This document shows positions 56,340 to 64,000 of a stretch of 64,000 nucleotides of DNA, piece after piece (the stretch's first letter is position 1; every line of letters begins with the position of its first letter). This stretch comes from Candidatus Gorgyraea atricola (GTDB lineage: Bacteria; Omnitrophota; Gorgyraeia; Gorgyraeales; Gorgyraeaceae). The stretch is from NCBI GenBank assembly GCA_030765235.1, contig JAVCCW010000029.1, positions 140,939 through 204,938 of the forward strand. Reading direction: 5' to 3'. A program made the position numbers and the translations under genes. Under the pieces are notes generated by a model that worked only from the letters and a program-made list of their open reading frames with translations, did no database searches and was not told the origin of the DNA.

Positions 56340-56351
56340 AGAGGATAGGTT

Positions 56352-57296
56352 ATGAAATTTTTAGTTACAGGCGGCGCAGGTTTTATTGGGTCGCATATTG
56401 TTGAAAGTTTAGTAAATAATGGCGATAAAGTGACAGTTATCGATGATTTAAGTTCAGGTCAGCTTAGAAACTTAGAATCTGTAAGAGGTAAGATAAAGTT
56501 TGTAAAGGCGGATATAAGGGACAAGGGACAAGGGACATGGGACATGCAGGGGATTGATTATGTTTTGCACCAGGCAGCATTGAGGAGTGTACCAAAGTCA
56601 CTTGGGAATCCAAAACTTTACAATGATGTAAACATAAACGGGACCTTGAATATCCTGACCGCGGCAAAAGATGCAAAGGTAAAAAGAGTGGTATTTGCCT
56701 CCTCAAGCTCTATCTACGGAGAGACAAAGACGCTCCCTAACAAAGAAGATTTTTACCCGCTTTTGATATCGCCTTACGCTCTTACAAAGCTGGCAGGTGA
56801 ATACTACTGCAGGATCTTCAGTGAGATATATGGACTGGAGACAGCAAGCCTTCGTTATTTCAATGTGTTCGGGCCAAGGCAGAGCCTTGAGAATGAATAT
56901 GCTGTTGTTATACCGAAGTTTATAACCTGCATACTAAAAGATGAACAGCCGCCTGTTCATGGTGACGGCAAACAGACACGTGACTTCACATATGTAGAAA
57001 ATGTTGTTCAGGCCAATATTAAAGCTGCCACAATGCCAGGCGTAAAATGTGAGGTTTTTAACATCGCTTGTGGAAAGGCATACACAGTTCTTGATATAGT
57101 CAAATACACAAATAAGATCCTCAAAAAAGACATAAAACCAAAGCTAGATCCAGTGAGACCAGGGGATGTAAAACATACACTCGCAGACATAAGCAAGGCA
57201 AAGAAACTCATAAAATTTGATCCTAAGGTTAGTTTTGAAGAGGGGCTTGCGAAGACGGTAGAGTATTTTTCTAGACTCCATGTAGGCCAGGTTTAA
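56352..57296 (+). CDS. NAD-dependent nucleotide-sugar epimerase/dehydratase (UDP-GlcNAc/UDP-Glc 4-epimerase-like)
   Basis: FLVTGGAGFIGSHIVE and YALTKLAGEYY. It contains an in-frame 8-mer x4 tandem repeat (GGGACAAG/GGGACATG). Confidence 0.75.
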   Translation: MKFLVTGGAGFIGSHIVESLVNNGDKVTVIDDLSSGQLRNLESVRGKIKFVKADIRDKGQGTWDMQGIDYVLHQAALRSVPKSLGNPKLYNDVNINGTLNILTAAKDAKVKRVVFASSSSIYGETKTLPNKEDFYPLLISPYALTKLAGEYYCRIFSEIYGLETASLRYFNVFGPRQSLENEYAVVIPKFITCILKDEQPPVHGDGKQTRDFTYVENVVQANIKAATMPGVKCEVFNIACGKAYTVLDIVKYTNKILKKDIKPKLDPVRPGDVKHTLADISKAKKLIKFDPKVSFEEGLAKTVEYFSRLHVGQV

Positions 57297-57307
57297 ACCT
57301 GGCCTAC
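57282..57307. repeat. Family-D palindrome GTAGGCCAGGTTTAAACCTGGCCTAC overlapping the epimerase stop codon
   Basis: A perfect 26-bp palindrome. Confidence 0.9.
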
Positions 57308-57331
57308 TGCTACTGCTAAAAAGGAGAGGCA

Positions 57332-58303
57332 ATGAAGAAGGCACTCATAACAGGCATCACCGGACAGGATGGCGTGTATTTATCAAGGCTGCTGCTGGAA
57401 AAGGGCTACGAGGTCCATGGTATTGTCAGGCGCGTTGCGCTGGAAGATCCCGAGCATCGTCTGTGGCGCATAAAGGATGTGTTAAAAAAAATAAAGCTCC
57501 ATTCAGGTTCTCTTGAGAGCTACGCGAGTTTATTTGATGTGGTGGAAAAAGTAAAGCCTGACGAATGCTATCATTTGGGCGCGCAGAGTTTTGTGAGTTA
57601 TTCTTTCGAAGATGAATTCTCTACTATAAGTACCAATATAAACGGTACGCATTACGTACTCTCCGCGATAAAAAATAGGGCGCCCAAGTGCAAGTTTTAT
57701 TTTGCCGCGTCGAGCGAAATGTTTGGCCAGGTAAGAGAAGTGCCGCAGAAGGAGACCACGCCTTTTCATCCACGTTCGCCTTACGGAATTTCCAAGGTGG
57801 CTGGTTTTGATCTAACCCGTAATTATCGCGAGGCCTACGGCCTCTTTGCATGCAATGGCATACTTTTTAACCACGAATCTCCCATGCGCGGTTATGAATT
57901 TGTAACGCGTAAGATATCAAGAGGTGTTGCCAGGATAAAAAAGGGCATTGCTAAAGAATTACGTCTCGGCAACCTGGACGCTAAGAGGGATTGGGGTTTT
58001 GCGGGAGATTATGTCGAAGCAATGTATTTAATGCTCCAGCAGGATAAACCTGACGACTATGTGATAGCTACAGGCGAGACGCATACGGTCAAGGAATTCG
58101 CAGAACTTGCCTTTAAACATGCGGGGCTTAACTGGAAAGATCATGTAAAGGTAGATGAATCATTATTTCGTCCTGCCGAGGTCCATGAGCTCAGAGGCGA
58201 CTGCGCTAAAGCCAAAAAAACATTAAACTGGAAACCAAAGGTCAATTTTGAAGAATTGGTCAGGATGATGGTGGCTGAGGATTTAAAAAGGATCAAGACA
58301 TGA
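57332..58303 (+). CDS. gmd: GDP-mannose 4,6-dehydratase
   Basis: [31 protein letters not shown] is a near-canonical GMD N-terminus. Confidence 0.9.
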   Translation: MKKALITGITGQDGVYLSRLLLEKGYEVHGIVRRVALEDPEHRLWRIKDVLKKIKLHSGSLESYASLFDVVEKVKPDECYHLGAQSFVSYSFEDEFSTISTNINGTHYVLSAIKNRAPKCKFYFAASSEMFGQVREVPQKETTPFHPRSPYGISKVAGFDLTRNYREAYGLFACNGILFNHESPMRGYEFVTRKISRGVARIKKGIAKELRLGNLDAKRDWGFAGDYVEAMYLMLQQDKPDDYVIATGETHTVKEFAELAFKHAGLNWKDHVKVDESLFRPAEVHELRGDCAKAKKTLNWKPKVNFEELVRMMVAEDLKRIKT

Positions 58304-59226
58304 CAAAGACGATTTTAATTACAGGCGGCGCGGGTTTTTTAGGTTCACATCTAAGCGATCGTTTTCTTAAAGAAGGTTATAAGGTTATCTGCATGGATAA
58401 TCTTATAACAGGCAGCCTTTCAAATGTTTCTCATCTTGAAAAAGATCCAAAATTTAGATTTATAAAACATGATATCTCAAAGTATATAGATATTGACGAG
58501 AAAATAGACATTATCCTGCACTTTGCCTCCCCTGCAAGTCCGATAGATTATCTGAAGTATCCTATACAGACGCTTAAGGTCGGTTCATTGGGTACACACA
58601 ATGCACTTGGTGTTGCAAAAGCAAAAAAGGCTTCGTTTCTACTTGCCTCTACCTCTGAGGTCTATGGAGATCCAAAAGTCCACCCTCAGCCAGAGACTTA
58701 TTATGGCCATGTGAATTGCATCGGGCCACGTGGAGTTTACGATGAGGCCAAGCGTTTCGCGGAGGCGATTACTATGGCCTATCATAAGACACACGGCCTT
58801 GATACTCATATAGTGCGCATATTTAATACATATGGGCCGCGGATGCGAAAGAAGGATGGCAGGGCAATCCCTAATTTTATAAGCCAGGCGTTAAAAAATG
58901 AGCCGATAACCGTATATGGCAAGGGTTCTCAGACCAGGAGTTTTTGTTTTGCCTCAGATCTGATAGAGGGGATCTATTTATTGAGCCAGTCTGATATCCA
59001 TGATCCTGTAAATATAGGTAATCCTGTCGAATTAAGCATCATAGACCTTGCCAAAAAAATAATAAAACTCACGCGAAGTAAAAGTAAGATTATACACAAG
59101 GATCTTCCGGAAGACGACCCAAAGGTAAGACAGCCAGACATAACCAGGGCAACAAAACTTCTTAAGTGGAAACCAAAGATAAAACTAGAAAAGGGATTAA
59201 AAGAGACTATCGAGTGGTTCGCCTAG
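58300..59226 (+). CDS. UDP-glucuronate decarboxylase (UDP-xylose synthase-like)
   Basis: [29 protein letters not shown]. Confidence 0.85.
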   Translation: MTKTILITGGAGFLGSHLSDRFLKEGYKVICMDNLITGSLSNVSHLEKDPKFRFIKHDISKYIDIDEKIDIILHFASPASPIDYLKYPIQTLKVGSLGTHNALGVAKAKKASFLLASTSEVYGDPKVHPQPETYYGHVNCIGPRGVYDEAKRFAEAITMAYHKTHGLDTHIVRIFNTYGPRMRKKDGRAIPNFISQALKNEPITVYGKGSQTRSFCFASDLIEGIYLLSQSDIHDPVNIGNPVELSIIDLAKKIIKLTRSKSKIIHKDLPEDDPKVRQPDITRATKLLKWKPKIKLEKGLKETIEWFA

Positions 59227-60776
59227 CCAGTTTTTTAATTTTTTGTTCTATTTTTTTAGCCCCTTCGATTCTATTGGCAAATCCCTCCGTCGATGTGCCT
59301 GTAAGGCATTGGAGCTATAATGCGATAGAGAAATTGGCCATATTGGATCTTGCTGATATCGCGGATATTGGTTTCAGGCCGATCTCTCGCATAAAAATGG
59401 CGCATATGATAAAAAGCGCCATTGAAAAATCAGCTGATTATGAGCAAAGTTTTGAATGGGCACAGCAGGAATATTTAGAGATACTTTTATATAACCTGAT
59501 AGATGAATTCAGGGAAGAATTAGTTACGATAGGAGTTGATGTTGCCGCAGTAGGAGATGATGGGCCAAGAAAATATATCTTAAGCTCTCCAGAACTGAAT
59601 ATTGAAAAGATCTACGCGAATATAGATTCAGACCAACGGCTCTTTGAAAACAAAGAAGGCTGGAAACTAAAAGACGGTTTTAATCTTCGCGCCAGACTGA
59701 ACACATGGGCAAAGGTCGCGAATCTCTTTGCGATCTCTTTAACCCCTGGACTCAGGTACACCCCTGAGGATATAGACGCGGATCTGGAAAAAGGCCATAT
59801 AAGAGTCGCCCATCCGAGCTTTAATATGGAGCTTTCAATGGGCCGCAGTTCAATGTGGTGGGGTCCTGGGTTTCATGGCGCATTGCTTTTAACAGATAAT
59901 GCCTTTCCTCTGGATATGGTAAAGTGGAATAATATCCATCCTTTCAGGCTTCCATTTATTTTAAGAAAGATCGGCAGGTTTAACGCGCAATTTTTTGTCT
60001 CCAGACTTGAAGACAAAAGAACTGTGCCCGGAGCGTTTGTAACAGGATGGCGCCTGGATTATACCCCGTGGAATTTTCTGAAATTCGGATTCGGGCATAT
60101 CCTGATGCACGGTGGTAAGGGTGTAAAAAACCTTGGTTTTGCTAATTTCTGGAGTTCAGCGTCGCTGGTATTTAGCGCGGCAGGCGGCGGCACAGAGACA
60201 GAAAATCATATAATCTCAGGCGATGTCCAGTTATTTATCCGGCGCATAGATAGATTTTTGCCGATCGCGACAGGCGCAAAATTATATACAGAATGGGGCG
60301 CGGAAGACGAAGCAGGTAATGTCCCGATAAATCTAGCTTCTATTACGGGCATTTATCTTACGGATGTGTTTAAAATTCCAGGGTTTGATGGTAAAATAGA
60401 ATTTGCCAAGCTTGATAATATTTTTTATGACCATTTTAGATATGCCTCGGGCTATACTCGTCGAGGAAGCATAATAGGCCATCGCATAGGAGGCGATTCA
60501 GAGGAGATAGCAGTAACAGCTATATTTAATCTTCCCCGGGAATACAGCATGAGTACCACCTTCAGTCATCAGCGCCGGGGCCTCCAGAAGACCAGCGTAG
60601 AGACCGTAAATGAATTAAGGATAGAATTTAGTGTAATAGACGCCCTGAAGATGTATAATATACACGGCATTGAAGTCGATGTGTTCTACGAATTCGAAGA
60701 CATAGATAATTACGATAATACTTCAAACGCGGCAAGGAATCATATCGTAGGTGTTGAAGCAAAAAGAAAATTTTAA
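59212..60776 (+). CDS. Putative outer-membrane beta-barrel protein of the polysaccharide locus (Wzi-like capsule assembly protein is a possibility)
   Basis: A GTG start at 59212 gives the signal peptide [21 protein letters not shown]|NPS. Beta-rich with a C-terminal aromatic (KRKF). Sits next to the Wza-like exporter. Confidence 0.4.
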
Positions 60777-60786
60777 GGAGGCAGCG

Positions 60787-63627
60787 ATGATCAGGAGACT
60801 TTTAAGTATCAATTTAATTTTTGCATGTATTTTTTTGGTGAGCGTAATTTTGCCTGTGCAGGCCTTTTCATATGAGACTTCAGCTGATGGTTTTCAGCTT
60901 GAACGCGTAGATGAATCTCTTGGCTATAAGCCCGCTGCGTATAAAAAAATCCGGTGTCCGCGCTGCGGCATGGAGTTCTATTATATCGAAGGGAAGGAAG
61001 GCCCTCATTCTCATTGGGTGCATTACGAGATCTCCGAGGAAAAGGGAAGCGATATCGAGATGTCTGAACAGAATAAGAATGGAGAAGGGAAACAAAAAGG
61101 CATCTTTGATCTTTCCGAACAAAAAAAAGAGCTTGATAGGCTTAAGGCAAGTCTTTCTAGGGCAGAACAAAGAAATGAAAGCCTGGCCCTTACCCAGCTC
61201 GATAGGTTAAAAGGACCGCAGTATGAACTTCGACAGAAACTCACCTGTCCGTACGACGGACATAATTTTTTCCCGGAAGGCACTGTTATAGAAAATAGAA
61301 AATTGATGCAGAAGTCTTTATTTGCGGAAAAACCATCCAGCATAGAAGAAAGCTTTGCAAAATCCATTCCTTTTGGCGTTTCAAAGGATTTGAAGCAGTT
61401 CGGTTATGACCTGTTTTTAATACCTGAAGAACGCGATGAAAAAGAAGAATCCGCGGCCAGGGAAGAAACGGGCCAGGCATTAGGCGCCCTTGGCATATTA
61501 AGCGCCGCGTTCAGCACTAAGTCTTCTTCTCCCGCGCTTTCATTGCAGTCCACTTCTAAAGCAGCAGTTGTACCGATCGGGCCGGATTATGTAGTAGGAC
61601 CAGGGGATACACTTGTTATCAATATTTGGGGTAGTGTCCAGGAAAGTTTTCCAGTAGAGGTGGACCGCGAAGGCAAGATCATGCTCCCAAAGGCAGGGCC
61701 GCTCTATGTCTGGGGCTTGAAGATCAAAGAGACTGAAGACCGCATTAAAAAGATGCTCAAACAGCATTACACGAATTTCTACATGGACCTTTCAATGGGT
61801 AAATTGCGCGATATCCAGGTCTATGTAATGGGCGAGGTGAAGAAACCAGGGTCTTACACCATAAGCTCTCAATCAAGCATCTTCCAGGCGCTCTATGCAG
61901 CCGGAGGGCCTACCAAGCTCGGCTCACTAAGAAAGGCCAAACTTATAAAGGCAGATGGCCAGACAGAGAAGATAGACCTTTATCCTTTTCTTTTAGAGGG
62001 CAAGATGGTAAGGCCCACCAGGGTGCAGTCAGGCGATACTATTTTTATTCCTACAGTGGGCGATGTGGTTGCTATAGCCGGCAATATAAAGCGCCCTGCA
62101 ATATACGAGACAAGGGGTGAGACACCTTTGCAAGAACTTTTGAATTTTGCAGGCGGTGTTACGCCTACAGGAGACCTCCAGCGGATACAGGTAGAACGTA
62201 TCGAGAACAATGAAAGACGCGTGATGCTTGATATTGAATTAAAGCGCACGGATGTTGGAAAATTTTCATTGGAAGATATCAGCCTGCAGAATGGCGATGT
62301 GGTGATCATTTCGCCTATAGTAAGACTAAAACATAACTTTGTATCTATTGTTGGAAATGTTGAGCGGCCAGGCGATTACGCGTTGACAAACGATATGAGC
62401 GTAAGTGACATTATAGACAGGGCAAAGGGATTTTTGCCAGGCACATATTTAGACAGGGCTGAGATAGCAAGAGTGACTGATGACAGGACCAGACAGATCA
62501 TACCGATAGACTTGAATAGTATACTGCTTGATGAAGAAGATCTGGAACTCTTTTTAGACGAATGGGACATTCTACTTGTGTATTCTGAGTCTCAGGTCAG
62601 GCCGCCTTTGTTTGTGGAAATAGACGGAGCTGTTAATCGGCCAGGGAAATACGAGCTGACACCAGATATGAAGGTTTCAGATCTTATTTTTAAGGCAGGG
62701 GGCGTTAAGCCTGATGAGGTCATAAGAGGGGCTGAATTATTTCATATTATACCAGGAGAACAGCCTGTTGTGCGGGATATCGCGATAAGGCGCGTATCTG
62801 ATGTCAGTGTATCACTTGATAAAGATATAATCCTGCATGCAGGAGACGCCCTTTCTGTAAAATCAGAGCCAAAACTTACTGAAAGAAGGGTAATTACAAT
62901 CAAGGGTGAAGTAAGGTATCCAGGGGCATATTCAGCAAGAAAAGGTGAGAGATTAAGCTCTCTTATTGAACGTTCAGGAGGGTTTACAGAAGAGGCATTT
63001 TTAAATGGAAGTATCTTTACGCGCGAATCCATAAAAAAAGCTCAGGAAAAGATGAGACGGCGTTTTATCGAGAGGGAGAATAGGAGTTTATTGGAAGAGC
63101 AGCAATCGATACTGCTAAGGAGGACAGATAGGTCTAATCCATCTGCTGTGGCTGAGTCCTTAAAGACAAGGAGAGAGATGCTGGAGTTTATATCCTCGGC
63201 TGATATAGAAGGCCGCATGGTAATCAAGCTCAAGCCGCTTGACCAGTTAAAAGATACCAAGTATGACATCCTGCTGGAGGACGGAGACAGCCTTACAGTG
63301 CCTCAGATACCTTCAGCTATCGCGGTAATCGGCAGTGTGAATAATCCCACATCTGTTCCTTTTGAAGCAAGTAAAGGCCTTGAATATTACGTTCGCAAGA
63401 CAGGCGGCCTTACAAAACACGCAGATAAGGTCGGTATCTATGTTATAAAGGCCAATGGCGAGGCAGTCAGTAAATTCATGATGTCCAAGAGGATCACAAG
63501 AGGCGATAGCATAGTCGTTCCCCAGGAGTTCAAATACTGGACACCACCAGGCCAGCTCTTACGAGATACCGTAGAGATCCTATCGCGCGTAGCAGTAGGT
63601 GTAGGCATCATTGCTGCACTGAATTAA
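60787..63627 (+). CDS. Polysaccharide export protein (Wza/KpsD family) with multiple SLBB (beta-grasp) repeats
   Basis: Poly_export motif YVVGPGDTLVINIWG...GKIMLPKAGPLYVWG.K..E....I, then repeated SLBB-like modules. Start at the ATG after the AGGAGG SD. Confidence 0.8.
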   Translation: MIRRLLSINLIFACIFLVSVILPVQAFSYETSADGFQLERVDESLGYKPAAYKKIRCPRCGMEFYYIEGKEGPHSHWVHYEISEEKGSDIEMSEQNKNGEGKQKGIFDLSEQKKELDRLKASLSRAEQRNESLALTQLDRLKGPQYELRQKLTCPYDGHNFFPEGTVIENRKLMQKSLFAEKPSSIEESFAKSIPFGVSKDLKQFGYDLFLIPEERDEKEESAAREETGQALGALGILSAAFSTKSSSPALSLQSTSKAAVVPIGPDYVVGPGDTLVINIWGSVQESFPVEVDREGKIMLPKAGPLYVWGLKIKETEDRIKKMLKQHYTNFYMDLSMGKLRDIQVYVMGEVKKPGSYTISSQSSIFQALYAAGGPTKLGSLRKAKLIKADGQTEKIDLYPFLLEGKMVRPTRVQSGDTIFIPTVGDVVAIAGNIKRPAIYETRGETPLQELLNFAGGVTPTGDLQRIQVERIENNERRVMLDIELKRTDVGKFSLEDISLQNGDVVIISPIVRLKHNFVSIVGNVERPGDYALTNDMSVSDIIDRAKGFLPGTYLDRAEIARVTDDRTRQIIPIDLNSILLDEEDLELFLDEWDILLVYSESQVRPPLFVEIDGAVNRPGKYELTPDMKVSDLIFKAGGVKPDEVIRGAELFHIIPGEQPVVRDIAIRRVSDVSVSLDKDIILHAGDALSVKSEPKLTERRVITIKGEVRYPGAYSARKGERLSSLIERSGGFTEEAFLNGSIFTRESIKKAQEKMRRRFIERENRSLLEEQQSILLRRTDRSNPSAVAESLKTRREMLEFISSADIEGRMVIKLKPLDQLKDTKYDILLEDGDSLTVPQIPSAIAVIGSVNNPTSVPFEASKGLEYYVRKTGGLTKHADKVGIYVIKANGEAVSKFMMSKRITRGDSIVVPQEFKYWTPPGQLLRDTVEILSRVAVGVGIIAALN

Positions 63628-63667
63628 TCTGCTGTAATATATAAATATATATACTAAACAAATCTTC

Positions 63668-63696
63668 TTGACTGAGATACTCTCCTGTCGTACAAT
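63668..63696 (+). promoter_or_regulatory. Sigma70-type promoter TTGACT-N17-TACAAT, followed by a short palindrome TGTTCAAT-GATTGAACA at the start codon
   Basis: Seen directly upstream of the partial regulator gene. Confidence 0.5.
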
Positions 63697-63704
63697 AGTG
63701 TTCA

Positions 63705-64000
63705 ATGATTGAACAGGCCCCAAAAGAAGAAGTTCTTCATATCATCAAGCACGTAGAGACAGATCCTGCTGTCAGCCAGCGAATTCTCTCCAACAGGCTC
63801 AATATCTCCTTAGGAAAGACCAATTATCTCCTCAAAGAGCTCATCAAAAAGGGCTTTATCAAGGCCCATGATTTCTCGCATAATTCAGGCAAACTGAGAA
63901 AAGCAAATTATCTCCTTACAAAGGAAGGCATAGAAGAAAAACTGCGCCTTACCCGTTATTTTTTAGAGACCAAAGAGCAGGAATACAAGATCATGAAAAA
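63705..64000 (+). CDS. MarR-family EPS-associated winged-helix transcriptional regulator (partial, runs off the window)
   Basis: An open frame from the ATG at ~63705 to the window end. QRILSNRLNISLGKTNYLLKELIKKGFIK...KANYLLTKEGIEEK matches the short MarR-type EPS-locus regulator pattern. Confidence 0.6.
   Translation, partial: MIEQAPKEEVLHIIKHVETDPAVSQRILSNRLNISLGKTNYLLKELIKKGFIKAHDFSHNSGKLRKANYLLTKEGIEEKLRLTRYFLETKEQEYKIMK

Noticed and set aside
56517-56548. The 8-mer repeat in the epimerase as an inserted family-D/F element adding extra residues
   Set aside because: The distance between the DIRD motif and the DYV.H.AA motif is normal for SDR epimerases, so the repeat recodes an existing loop rather than inserting one. 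It is kept only as a possible slippage site.

Overview
This is a 64-kb chromosomal window from a Gram-negative-type bacterium, inferred from LptD, LptF/G and a Wza-like exporter; it has moderate GC with several AT-rich islands. All major genes are on the + strand except lptF/lptG/comF. I could not count base positions exactly, so every coordinate I derived myself (tRNAs, repeats, promoters, hairpins) may be off by about 2 nt; this does not apply to ORF-track boundaries or start shifts derived from them.

What is here, in order:
- An AT-rich partial ORF of unknown function.
- Two adjacent type II toxin-antitoxin cassettes (RHH/RelE-ParE, then YefM/YoeB).
- dprA-topA-xerC.
- queC-queE.
- Class I fumarase alpha and beta subunits.
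- rph-rdgB.
- tRNA-Pro and tRNA-Arg.
- An AsmA-like membrane protein.
- tRNA-His, followed by an AT-rich islet (cupin, a nucleotidyltransferase-fold protein and an unknown partner).
- rlmB-like, rlmN, radC.
- A tRNA cluster: Arg, Lys, Leu, Gly.
- ptsN-yvcK-ptsH-ptsI.
- A PGI/PMI-like isomerase and a sugar nucleotidyltransferase.
- metK-ahcY.
- lptF/lptG/comF on the minus strand.
- A TPR protein, PilZ, a membrane protein and a GPH-family MFS transporter.
- A MiaB-like methylthiotransferase lacking the TRAM domain, then miaA and hflX.
- A CIRCE element followed by the hrcA-grpE-dnaK-dnaJ heat-shock operon.
- FmdB, VanZ, DUF1015.
- accD.
- A GAF protein and a GAF-GGDEF protein.
- An AT-rich island carrying one large 775-aa ORF.
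- A ROK glucokinase and lptD.
- A nucleotide-sugar / polysaccharide-export locus (ugd, rmlC-like, rmlA-like, rmlB, UDP-sugar dehydrogenase, epimerase, gmd, uxs, an outer-membrane protein, a 958-aa Wza-like exporter), then a partial MarR-type EPS regulator.

The two strongest features of the window are a dense set of small repeat families and one unexpected protein.
- Family A: 104-bp units whose ends mimic the tRNA-Pro 5' end.
- Family B: tRNA-trailer elements, with CCTACGCTCACATG-type ends (or reverse complement) marking each ~90-120-bp unit, one or two units per block.
- A two-hairpin tRNA-trailer motif showing compensatory base changes between its two copies.
- Family D: a 26-bp PmeI-core palindrome in five copies, one of them in-frame inside a coding sequence.
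- Family E: a ~50-bp GC-rich hairpin motif.
- A 230-bp MITE-like element with 19-bp terminal inverted repeats.
- Heptamer and octamer simple-sequence repeats inside envelope and polysaccharide genes.
- The unexpected protein is the 775-aa signal-anchored ORF at 46018-48345. Its central ~170 residues resemble thiazole synthase ThiG, including the Schiff-base lysine context and the phosphate-binding motifs. No thiS/thiF/thiO-type partners are nearby, and the N- and C-terminal extensions are unrecognisable.

All similarity statements are from memory-based motif recognition. No database search was run.
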